Made by a program: the position numbers and the translations under genes. From an uncultured virus (IMG/VR IMGVR_UViG_3300021364_000011) (taxonomy: Duplodnaviria > Heunggongvirae > Uroviricota > Caudoviricetes): a DNA stretch of 64,000 nt. Below the pieces are notes generated by a model. The model ran no database searches. It was not told the DNA's origin and saw only the letters and a list, made by a program, of their open reading frames with translations. Location of the stretch: IMG/VR virus record IMGVR_UViG_3300021364_000011; one strand, 5' to 3'. Position 1 is the stretch's first letter. Each line of letters opens with the position of its first letter. Below are positions 56,218 through 64,000 of the stretch, one piece after another.

Positions 56218-57570
56218 TTAACCTAATGGTTTTAGTTTACTTAATGCCTCTGAGTATGATGCAATTGTAGGGTCTAAAACTGGTTCTTTATCTTCTGATA
56301 TTTCTCCAGTTCCTTCTTCTACTACTGTATCCTCAGAGATGGTTTCACCTTCAATTGGGAAGTAAGCTTCTTTGATTTCTGATACTTTATCACTAAAGTC
56401 TTCGATATCTTTAAAGTCTACACCATTAGCAAGTGATTCCATTTTCTCTTTTTGTGATTCAGTTAAGTCTTCGCAGGCTTCTCTAATCACATTACTTCTC
56501 TTTAAAAGGTCGTTCTCTTCAACAATTTCCATATTTTTAGATACTTCGTTGTCTAGTTTCTCTTCCATTTCATCGAGACGATTTGCGAGTTCATCAATAA
56601 CATTATACTTATCTTCAGGGACATCAACATAGTGTTCTACGAACAATGTTTTTAATCCTTCGATAAAGTTTTCAGTCATTTCTGACCTCAAACCTCTTTC
56701 AATTGCGAGTTCGTTTTCTTTCGTCCACTCTTCTGCACAATATGTTAGATATTTGTCTACGGCTTCCGCAAGGTCACCTTTAACTTTATCTACTGAGGTT
56801 TTTAATTCTTCTGAATACTGAGTTTCTAACTCTTCTTTTATTTCAGCAACTTTTGAAGTCACTGCAGCTTTGAAGATTGTCTTAGCTTTTTCTTGATTTT
56901 CTTCTGAAAGGTCAAGTGCTTCTGAGATTGCAGATAGGTCGTCTTCTACTTCTATCTCTACTAATGAAGATTCAAGTTCCGCAGAAGCTTCTTCGTCAAC
57001 AGATTCTTCTTTGACTTCTTCTTCTTTCTCTTCTTCTTCTTCGTCTTCATACTTCTCACGAATCTTTGCAACTTCTTCAGCTTCAAGTTTCTTGAGTGTT
57101 TCAACGATTTTTCTAGCGACTTCTGCTTTTGTTAAACTTTCGTCAACTTCTTCTTCTGATAATTCACCAAAAGTTTTTTGAAGTTCCTCTTTAGTCATTT
57201 CCTTCATGTTGTTGACGATAGCTTTGATGTTCTCCATTTTAGATGTTTCTTGAACATCTTTCTTAGAATCTTCTTCACCTTCTTTGATTTTTTCCATCTT
57301 TTCAGGTTTGTCTGCACCTTTCTTCTGAGGGTCACCTTCATTTGAAGGTGCTTTTTCAGCAGCTTTTACTGATGCAACAGCTTTGTCAACAGGATTTTCT
57401 TCAGGTTTGACGACATCACCTTTTCCGCTTTCGATTTTCTCAGCGTCAGATGACCCTTGTTTTACAGGCTTCTTGTCACCATCTTCAGCTTTAGCGTTAG
57501 GTTGTTGACCTTCCTCTATAGCTTCAACTGTTTCTTCAACAGTTTCTTGGTTTTTTTCTAACTCTGCCAT
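56218..57570 (-). CDS. 22: Prohead core scaffold gp22 (N-terminally extended)
   Basis: KAKTIF.AAV, VDKYL.Y..EEW..EN.LA, F.EHY.DVP. Confidence 0.9.
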   Translation of the reverse strand: MAELEKNQETVEETVEAIEEGQQPNAKAEDGDKKPVKQGSSDAEKIESGKGDVVKPEENPVDKAVASVKAAEKAPSNEGDPQKKGADKPEKMEKIKEGEEDSKKDVQETSKMENIKAIVNNMKEMTKEELQKTFGELSEEEVDESLTKAEVARKIVETLKKLEAEEVAKIREKYEDEEEEEKEEEVKEESVDEEASAELESSLVEIEVEDDLSAISEALDLSEENQEKAKTIFKAAVTSKVAEIKEELETQYSEELKTSVDKVKGDLAEAVDKYLTYCAEEWTKENELAIERGLRSEMTENFIEGLKTLFVEHYVDVPEDKYNVIDELANRLDEMEEKLDNEVSKNMEIVEENDLLKRSNVIREACEDLTESQKEKMESLANGVDFKDIEDFSDKVSEIKEAYFPIEGETISEDTVVEEGTGEISEDKEPVLDPTIASYSEALSKLKPLG

Positions 57571-57598
57571 GTTTTTCTCCTGTTTGAGTTTACTTTTT

Positions 57599-57606
57599 TA
57601 TTTATA
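57599..57606 (-). promoter_or_regulatory. Late promoter TATAAATA (genes 22-23)
   Basis: Exact consensus. Confidence 0.75.
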
Positions 57607-57608
57607 TG

Positions 57609-58262
57609 TTAGAGGTTCTCAACAAACCTCTTCCATTGGTTTAATTTGACTTCTTCCAACTTATTAGACTTAGCATTCCTAATTTCAGTCTGCATTTCGT
57701 CTACTTGTCTTGCAGTTAATAATCCGTTTTCATATACCCACTCTGTTCCTTCCATAATTCCGTTAACGAAAGCTTCAGGAGCAGAAGGGTCTGCAACGAT
57801 ATCACCTGCTGTTGCAAGTTGAAAATCATCTTTCACATATTGAGAACCACCTTTTTGTTCTAGTGAACCTAGACCTCTAGATGAAACTCCTAATTTAGCA
57901 CCATCATCAATCAAATTTCTTACGATTTGACCATTGGGTGTGCTTAAAATCTTTGCACGTCCCACGTAATTATTCCCATCTTCTTCTAATTTGGTAATTA
58001 AGTGTGACACTTTGTCAAGATTGATAGTTGGGCCGTCAGGGTGTCCTAACTCACCAAATGCTCTATCTTTCTCAACGAATTCTTTTACATAACGTTTTAC
58101 CTCTTTTTGCATTACTTCTTTAGGGTAAACACGTCCATTTCTGTTCTTTATTTCAGACTGCATGAAGATACCTTCAATAAAGTATTCTTTTTGTCCTTTT
58201 TCGTTCTCCTCTACAATAATTGGAGAAACACTATAGTCATTAAACTCTGATATTAATTTCAT
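57609..58262 (-). CDS. 21: Prohead protease gp21
   Basis: NRNGRVYP, GELGHP, GVSSRGLGS, DIVADPSAP.A. Confidence 0.96.
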   Translation of the reverse strand: MKLISEFNDYSVSPIIVEENEKGQKEYFIEGIFMQSEIKNRNGRVYPKEVMQKEVKRYVKEFVEKDRAFGELGHPDGPTINLDKVSHLITKLEEDGNNYVGRAKILSTPNGQIVRNLIDDGAKLGVSSRGLGSLEQKGGSQYVKDDFQLATAGDIVADPSAPEAFVNGIMEGTEWVYENGLLTARQVDEMQTEIRNAKSNKLEEVKLNQWKRFVENL

Positions 58263-58545
58263 TGAAAATTTCCTCTATGTCTATGTTTTCTTCTTCTGAC
58301 ATTTGTTTTATGACTTCTTTCATTCCTTTCATTTCTTTCTCTGCAGTCTTTAAGTCTTTATATGTTGCACCACCGAAGTCTTGTCCATCTACATATACAT
58401 GAACCTTACCTCTGTATTCAGTGTAAGAGATATTAATCTTCTTACCACCAATCTTTACAACATCAGTCTTCAGGTCTTTATGACCACGTGGCAATTTAAA
58501 TTTTGCCTCACGTAATTCGACCTGAATGTCTGCAAAGGATTTCAT
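58240..58545 (-). CDS. Prohead core protein (gp68-position)
   Basis: Position between gp67 and gp21; MKSF N-terminus. Confidence 0.55.
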   Translation of the reverse strand: MKSFADIQVELREAKFKLPRGHKDLKTDVVKIGGKKINISYTEYRGKVHVYVDGQDFGGATYKDLKTAEKEMKGMKEVIKQMSEEENIDIEEIFNEINIRV

Positions 58546-58730
58546 TACTCGGCTTCACCTGTTGGTTCTTCTTGAGTTTTATTCATCCAATCTACTTGCA
58601 TTTCAACTCTTTTCATATCGATTGTTTCTGCAGCTTTCTGTTTGATTCCGTCAAAGACTTGGTCTTTTGCAGTATCTAACTTACCTGCTTCGATTGAGTT
58701 TACTATCTCTTTTGCTATTTCACTACTCAT
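58545..58730 (-). CDS. Prohead core protein (gp67-like)
   Basis: 61 aa directly after the portal gene. Confidence 0.6.
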   Translation of the reverse strand: MSSEIAKEIVNSIEAGKLDTAKDQVFDGIKQKAAETIDMKRVEMQVDWMNKTQEEPTGEAE

Positions 58731-58733
58731 TTA

Positions 58734-60269
58734 TTAAAATCCTCCGAAGTCATCTTCACTTCCTTCATCTGATTCAGACCCACCTTCATCGGTAATCTGT
58801 TTATCAATTAATTTAATGTCTTCTTCTGATTGTCTTAACACATATTTTCTTACCCATTCTTTTGAGTAATATTGTCCGACATAATCAGAAATATTTGAGA
58901 GAGTATCTAATCTCTCCCTCATGATTTCTGCATCTTTCAACTCTGTAAAGTGGTTGTCTGTTGCATAATCATATTGAATGAAGTCTTTGATTTTATCAAA
59001 CTCTTCACCACTTACGATTTCCTTAAGAACTAATTGAGTCTTAAGAATATCTGTAAAAACTCTTGCAAACTTCTTTTGAAGTCTGTTTGTGAACTTATTA
59101 AATTTAAGTTCGTCTCTAGAAATTTCAGACGCACGACCCATATTGAATCCATTGTCTGCTTCCATTCTAGTCGCAGGAACATTTAATGACTGATATAATT
59201 TCTTCTTGAAGTATTCTATATCGTCTATATCTGCAAGGTTTTGTCCACCAGGCAGGGTAGTAATCTCTGTTCCTCTACCACCTTCTCTTCTAGGCAACCA
59301 AAAATCTTCTAACATACTCATATGTTTTCTATCATCTTTGATTTCACCTGTATCTGCATTGTAGACTAACTTGTTCTTGTATCGGTTCATAACGTCTGCA
59401 AGATACTGTTCTGCCTTTGCTTTTGGAAGGTTTCCTACGTCAATGTAGAAAATTCTTCTCTCGGGTGCTCTTGAAATCCTATAGATAACAAGTGCATCTT
59501 CCATCATTGATAACTGATTTGCAGTCTTCAATGCTTTATGCAAATATCCGATTACAACATTTTTAGTGTAATCTAACAAACCCGAAGTTGTGTATGTCAC
59601 AGCTTCAGGTGCAATTTTGACTGTAGTCCCTTCTGAGGCACCACTTTTATCAAAACCTTTATCATTGAAAAGATAAAACTCTTCAATTTTCTTAATTCTG
59701 TCGACCTTTGTCTTAGGGTCTTTCTGTTTTTCTATGTTTCTGACCTTCTTAATCTTAATCGGGTCAACATTTCTTAGGTCTACAATACCTAATTTTGGTC
59801 GTGACGAATCAACGACCTTATGGAAGTAAATTCTTCCGTCTACATACCACTTTCTGAATAATTCATGAGAGTTCTGATTGAACTTCATTATAGATAAGAT
59901 GTGATTAAACTCTTCTTGTATCTTATTTTTGATACTGTCAGAGAGCTTTACATCTCTGAGGTCGAGTGATACTATCTTATCTGAAGTGTCAGAAGTGATA
60001 CACTCATTAACTATATCTTCGATTGCCGAATCACACTCGGGAACCAAAGAGGTTTCGCGGTATCTTCGAATGAGTTCTGCCTCATTCTTGATACCACCTT
60101 CCATATCGACATACGACCCATAGGCTGCACCTGATATGAAACCACTTTGTTGTTCAATGACGGGGGTTCCGTCATCGTCAACGGGTGGCACAAAGGACTT
60201 TTGGTTCTTGTCCTCCGTTGCTCTTAATTCTTCCCTTTTACGGGATATTTCAAACCCAAATAATTCCAT
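58734..60269 (-). CDS. 20: Portal protein gp20
   Basis: WYVDGRI.FH, YRISRAPERRIFYIDVGNLP, EDFWLPRREGGRGTEI. Confidence 0.97.
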   Translation of the reverse strand: MELFGFEISRKREELRATEDKNQKSFVPPVDDDGTPVIEQQSGFISGAAYGSYVDMEGGIKNEAELIRRYRETSLVPECDSAIEDIVNECITSDTSDKIVSLDLRDVKLSDSIKNKIQEEFNHILSIMKFNQNSHELFRKWYVDGRIYFHKVVDSSRPKLGIVDLRNVDPIKIKKVRNIEKQKDPKTKVDRIKKIEEFYLFNDKGFDKSGASEGTTVKIAPEAVTYTTSGLLDYTKNVVIGYLHKALKTANQLSMMEDALVIYRISRAPERRIFYIDVGNLPKAKAEQYLADVMNRYKNKLVYNADTGEIKDDRKHMSMLEDFWLPRREGGRGTEITTLPGGQNLADIDDIEYFKKKLYQSLNVPATRMEADNGFNMGRASEISRDELKFNKFTNRLQKKFARVFTDILKTQLVLKEIVSGEEFDKIKDFIQYDYATDNHFTELKDAEIMRERLDTLSNISDYVGQYYSKEWVRKYVLRQSEEDIKLIDKQITDEGGSESDEGSEDDFGGF

Positions 60270-60274
60270 ACTAA

Positions 60275-60282
60275 TATTTATA
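60275..60282 (-). promoter_or_regulatory. Late promoter TATAAATA (gene 20)
   Basis: Exact consensus. Confidence 0.75.
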
Positions 60283-60312
60283 CTCCCTTTTTAGGGGGTA
60301 TGTCACTTTGAT

Positions 60313-60810
60313 TTAAAGGACTCTTTCCCAGTGAGAAAAAGTAAAGTCAACTGTAAATTCCTCTAGTGCATCAACTGTATCGTATGATAATTCGATTGCA
60401 CCTATTGCTTTAGGGAACATGTTGAAAAACTCGTATCTCGCAAGGACTGAGTCATCTTTGTTAAGTTGTTCTACGAACGCTCTAGAAATAAGATAGTCTG
60501 TAGAGGTTGAACCTTCACCACTATCTAAGGCTTGAATTTCTTCTTGCCATGCTTCTAGACCACTTCTAACTGAAAACTCAACATCATTGATTACTGTAAT
60601 CTGCCAATCATCAAATGTTCTTTCTCCAGCAAGTTTAAGGTTATGTCCTCTGAAAGGAACAATAACTTCTCCTAAAGTTCCTGCTGGGATATTAGCAGCT
60701 TTGCACAAGAATTCAATTTTGTTTCCAGCTCTTGGAATGAAAACTTTAAATCTGTTGGCTCTTGGGCCTCCACCTATAAGTTGTGCTTTAAATTGGTCTA
60801 TACTTGCCAT
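60313..60810 (-). CDS. 19: Tail tube gp19
   Basis: GG.RAN.F, FLCKAA.IP, AG.RTF.DW.ITVIND. Confidence 0.93.
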   Translation of the reverse strand: MASIDQFKAQLIGGGPRANRFKVFIPRAGNKIEFLCKAANIPAGTLGEVIVPFRGHNLKLAGERTFDDWQITVINDVEFSVRSGLEAWQEEIQALDSGEGSTSTDYLISRAFVEQLNKDDSVLARYEFFNMFPKAIGAIELSYDTVDALEEFTVDFTFSHWERVL

Positions 60811-60820
60811 TTAGTTCTCC

Positions 60821-62809
60821 TTAAACTGCACTGTAAATCTCTTCAAAGTCGACACCACTTCTGGCAGCAACAAAGTTGAGAGTTATAAAGTTAATACTTC
60901 TAGCAGGTTTCACAAAGATAGAACAAACGAATTCGTTTCTATCTATTACAGTATCAGTGTTGTTTGTTTCGTCACATAATACTGAAAAATCTACTAATCC
61001 ACGTCTATTCTTAACATCTCTTAAGAAAGGTTCTACTGCAGCTCTAAATTGCGCTCTTGTGAATGCATCATTGAATTCAAAGAGTTGTGATTTAGCAGCT
61101 GTTGCGATTGCTTTTTCAAGAACAATGAATAACCTTCTGACATTGATTCTATCGAATGCTGAAGGTGATGATAAAGCTGTTTTATCACCGAATAATACTG
61201 TTCCTTGACCTGCGAATGTGCATACTGGGTTAATTCTTGCACGATATAAGTCATCTCTTGATGATTGTGAAGGATTAAATGCAAGTTTAGTAATACCTAA
61301 GTATTGACCTCTTGAGAAACCAGCTGGTGAGAACCATGGGTCTCTTAATAAGTCTGACCTTGCCATTATCCCTGATGTATGTCCGTTAGCAGGAACATAA
61401 CAGTATTTGTCGTTGTATCTGTCGTATGAATATACCCAACCACTGTCTAACACTGCATATGAGGAAGAAGTGACTGAAGCAAAATCAGCAATAACATTTG
61501 AAGATTGTGTTGATTCACTTGAAACACCTACGACACTTGCACGTCTTGGTGAAGCAATAACCATACAATCTTTTCTATTTTCTGCGATTTGAATGATATT
61601 ATTTACGATAGAATTATGGTCTGCAAGAATATCTTGTGAATTTCCTGAACCATCATCTGTTCTTGTAGAACCTACGATTAAGAATGAAACGTCTACTGTC
61701 TCTGCATCACCGAAATGGTCTGTATATGCACCATGTTTCTGTCCAGCAGTTGGGATTCTTCCGTCAACACCACCACCTAGTGATACGTTGATTACTGCAG
61801 AAGGTCTTCCGAAAGCTGTTGTTGCAGATGTTAAATGTGTTCTTTCTTCGTTTGCACTAGTCAATAAGTCGGTTGAGTGACCTGACCAGTAAACGTATTC
61901 TGATTCTCTTGCAATTACATTTTTGTAGTAGTTAGATTGTCCTTGACTATCTTTACTATCTGAAGCAAGAGATACGAAACCATAAGTTTCTAAAATTGTG
62001 TTCTGAACTCCTGAGAACAGTCCGTCTTCGTCTGATATTACTACGTGAAGTTCATCATCTGAACCTCCAGCAGCTGTTGCTGTTCCTGACTTAGCAGGTG
62101 CTTTATCAAAAGAGTTATAAAACTCCCAATATCTATCTACGTTTGCACCTGAAGCTACAGTTGCAGTTAGACCTGTTCCAGCAGGTTGACCGATTGCTTC
62201 GACTACGATTGAAGTTCCATCGGGAATTGAAGTCACTCTATATTCTGTATTGTGACCTGCGAATTTAACGATATCTCTTACAAACATACCTGAAGAATCA
62301 TTTACTGAGATAGTTGTTTGTCCAACTGATTCTTGTCCCGAAAGTGTAGTCACTGCATCGTTAAAATATGCATCTGATGACGCACATACTGAAACTTTTA
62401 GTGAATTACCTAATGAACCCGCGTATTTTGCAACCCAATTACCAACTGTTCCGTTTTGTGAACCATTTTGGTAAGTAGATACATACTCGTCATTATTCTT
62501 TAGTAATGCAGTTCCACTTGATGCGTTTGCATTGTTTAACCCAGTTGAGTTAATTCTTACGACCCTTAGTGAAGAACCATATTTAAGGAATGCTTCTGCT
62601 GAATAGAAGTCTTCTGCTCCAGCATCAGTATTAGCTGGTTGATAGAAATTATCGACTAAACCCTTTGCATCTGAAACTGTTATAACTTCATCAACAGGGC
62701 CCCATTGGAATTGTCCAGCAAATGCACCTGTAGTCGATGAAACGGCTGGAACAACATTTGTCAGGTCTATCTCTTTTACCTGAACGCCTGGTGATACTTG
62801 AAATGCCAT
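60821..62809 (-). CDS. 18: Tail sheath gp18
   Basis: SPGV.V.EIDLT, WFSPAG..RG, FDRINVRRLF. Confidence 0.96.
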   Translation of the reverse strand: MAFQVSPGVQVKEIDLTNVVPAVSSTTGAFAGQFQWGPVDEVITVSDAKGLVDNFYQPANTDAGAEDFYSAEAFLKYGSSLRVVRINSTGLNNANASSGTALLKNNDEYVSTYQNGSQNGTVGNWVAKYAGSLGNSLKVSVCASSDAYFNDAVTTLSGQESVGQTTISVNDSSGMFVRDIVKFAGHNTEYRVTSIPDGTSIVVEAIGQPAGTGLTATVASGANVDRYWEFYNSFDKAPAKSGTATAAGGSDDELHVVISDEDGLFSGVQNTILETYGFVSLASDSKDSQGQSNYYKNVIARESEYVYWSGHSTDLLTSANEERTHLTSATTAFGRPSAVINVSLGGGVDGRIPTAGQKHGAYTDHFGDAETVDVSFLIVGSTRTDDGSGNSQDILADHNSIVNNIIQIAENRKDCMVIASPRRASVVGVSSESTQSSNVIADFASVTSSSYAVLDSGWVYSYDRYNDKYCYVPANGHTSGIMARSDLLRDPWFSPAGFSRGQYLGITKLAFNPSQSSRDDLYRARINPVCTFAGQGTVLFGDKTALSSPSAFDRINVRRLFIVLEKAIATAAKSQLFEFNDAFTRAQFRAAVEPFLRDVKNRRGLVDFSVLCDETNNTDTVIDRNEFVCSIFVKPARSINFITLNFVAARSGVDFEEIYSAV

Positions 62810-62847
62810 ACTTTTACTCCTGTTGTATTAAAAGTTGTTTACTGTTT

Positions 62848-62855
62848 TATTTATA
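62848..62855 (-). promoter_or_regulatory. Late promoter TATAAATA (gene 18)
   Basis: Exact consensus. Confidence 0.75.
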
Positions 62856-62875
62856 ACTTTATAAAACTCAACAAA

Positions 62876-64000
62876 CTATAATTTTAATGGAACGTCCATT
62901 GTTTTGTGATACCATCTATCCCCCTCACTATCTACAAAGGATTCTTGTTGATTTCCTCCGTCAAAAACCCCTGGCGGCAGTAAGTCGTCTTCGATTAGTT
63001 TCTGTTGTTCTGAATACAATAAGTCTTTGACTGCTGTATCCGTTAAATGAACAAAATACTCAGTTGTCACAAACCAACTGAATAACACTAAATTCATGAC
63101 CATATCGTCATTATATCCTCTATCTGCTTCCCAACTATTACCTTTATGCACAAAAGTCATTAATTCCGTAATAGTATATCGGTCATTCAGAACAAGTCTA
63201 TTTTCTTCTAATAATTCTTTCAGTGTAGAACAACCGATACGTTTAATCTTTCGAGACATAGTCACTCCTATGTCCTCCGCCTTTAATTGTCCTTGAACAA
63301 AAACATTCGGATATTCGATATCATAATGTAGTTGATTTGCAACTGTTCCACCTTCTGCATTATTTTCAATGATAACAACTGGTTCATTGTAATGTCTTAC
63401 GTATTTATTTATAATATCAGGAAAGAGAAGAGGTGACACCATATTATCTCTATATGTGCATACTTGTTTAAATGGACTTGTTGTCACGTCTATAATAGTG
63501 AATGTAGAGTAATCCATACCCCTTCCTTTTGATACGTCTACAGTGCAAACGTATCTATGTCCTTCTTTTGGTTTTTCATATAGAAATAGATTGTCTCTAT
63601 TCCATTCAGGGTCTATTGCTCTCATACCAAGTAGTGTATTACTGTTGATAAGTGTATTACCAGTTCCTAAGAATGAATTACCATATTCTTGTTCAAATTG
63701 TGCTTCTGAAGTGTTTGCAATGGTTTCTTTCTTCCATTCTTCATCTCTGCCAGGCACGTCAAACCAGTTAATAAGAAATGATTTGTATTCTGATTGTTCA
63801 TGAACTGCAGACTCATATATCTTGTGGAACATATTACCCACACCATTTGCAGTAGAAGTAATAATAACCTTTGAATCTTTACCTGAGGTCACCACGGGAT
63901 ATGTTGCAGTATAGAACGTCTCTGCATCGTCCACAAAGGCAAACTCGTCAAGATACAATAAATTGATTGACATACCACGAATCGAACTTGAAGAAGTTGC
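62876..64000 (-). CDS. 17: Terminase large subunit gp17 (3' part; 5' end beyond window)
   Basis: LDEFAF, ITSTANG, DVSKGRG.DYS, IENN, DDMVM. Confidence 0.95.
   Translation of the reverse strand, partial: ATSSSSIRGMSINLLYLDEFAFVDDAETFYTATYPVVTSGKDSKVIITSTANGVGNMFHKIYESAVHEQSEYKSFLINWFDVPGRDEEWKKETIANTSEAQFEQEYGNSFLGTGNTLINSNTLLGMRAIDPEWNRDNLFLYEKPKEGHRYVCTVDVSKGRGMDYSTFTIIDVTTSPFKQVCTYRDNMVSPLLFPDIINKYVRHYNEPVVIIENNAEGGTVANQLHYDIEYPNVFVQGQLKAEDIGVTMSRKIKRIGCSTLKELLEENRLVLNDRYTITELMTFVHKGNSWEADRGYNDDMVMNLVLFSWFVTTEYFVHLTDTAVKDLLYSEQQKLIEDDLLPPGVFDGGNQQESFVDSEGDRWYHKTMDVPLKL

Noticed and set aside
478..63803. Numerous plus-strand ORFs of 60-150 aa in the ORF track
   Set aside because: They are antisense shadows of well-supported minus-strand genes, with low-complexity S/F/L-rich translations
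63..64000. Stop-codon recoding or suppressor tRNA
   Set aside because: Standard-code ORFs are long and dense, all three stops are used, and no CUA/UCA/UUA anticodon tRNA was found

Overview
A 64-kb segment of a large, AT-rich T4-like myophage genome. It resembles marine cyano/pelagi-myophages in organisation. The host is probably a marine heterotrophic proteobacterium; this is inferred from iscU, curli genes, def, Hsp20 and sigma70-type promoters, and from the lack of photosynthesis genes in this window. Essentially all genes lie on the minus strand. In transcription order (right to left) the window holds: (1) gp17-18-19-20-67-68-21-22-23, gp3, uvsY, uvsW; (2) a cassette of six micro membrane peptides, then gp55-47-46, def, a CobT/VWA-like protein and CobS, gp45-44-62-regA; (3) a curli-type secretion module (csgF, csgG, two curlin-repeat proteins) interleaved with a FecR protein and a CHASE2 adenylate/guanylate cyclase; (4) Hsp20 with a highly structured leader, an unusual tRNA-Gly(ACC) and a peroxiredoxin; (5) a DUF4338-like/glycosyltransferase/nucleotidyltransferase cluster, lysozyme, gp43, iscU, uvsX, gp41; (6) four more tRNAs and a candidate anti-Shine-Dalgarno small RNA; (7) a cluster of probable capsid-packaged proteins, including a ligase-like protein and a nucleotidyltransferase-kinase fusion. 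Most notable: the curli/FecR/cyclase module with an overprinted secreted gene, tRNA-Gly(ACC), a two-fold symmetric RNA motif upstream of Hsp20, leaderless early genes next to an anti-SD hairpin, a candidate virion-borne RNA/nucleotide repair set, and an abrupt change in palindrome avoidance near 33-34.5 kb. All calls come from motif recognition by eye; no database searches were run.
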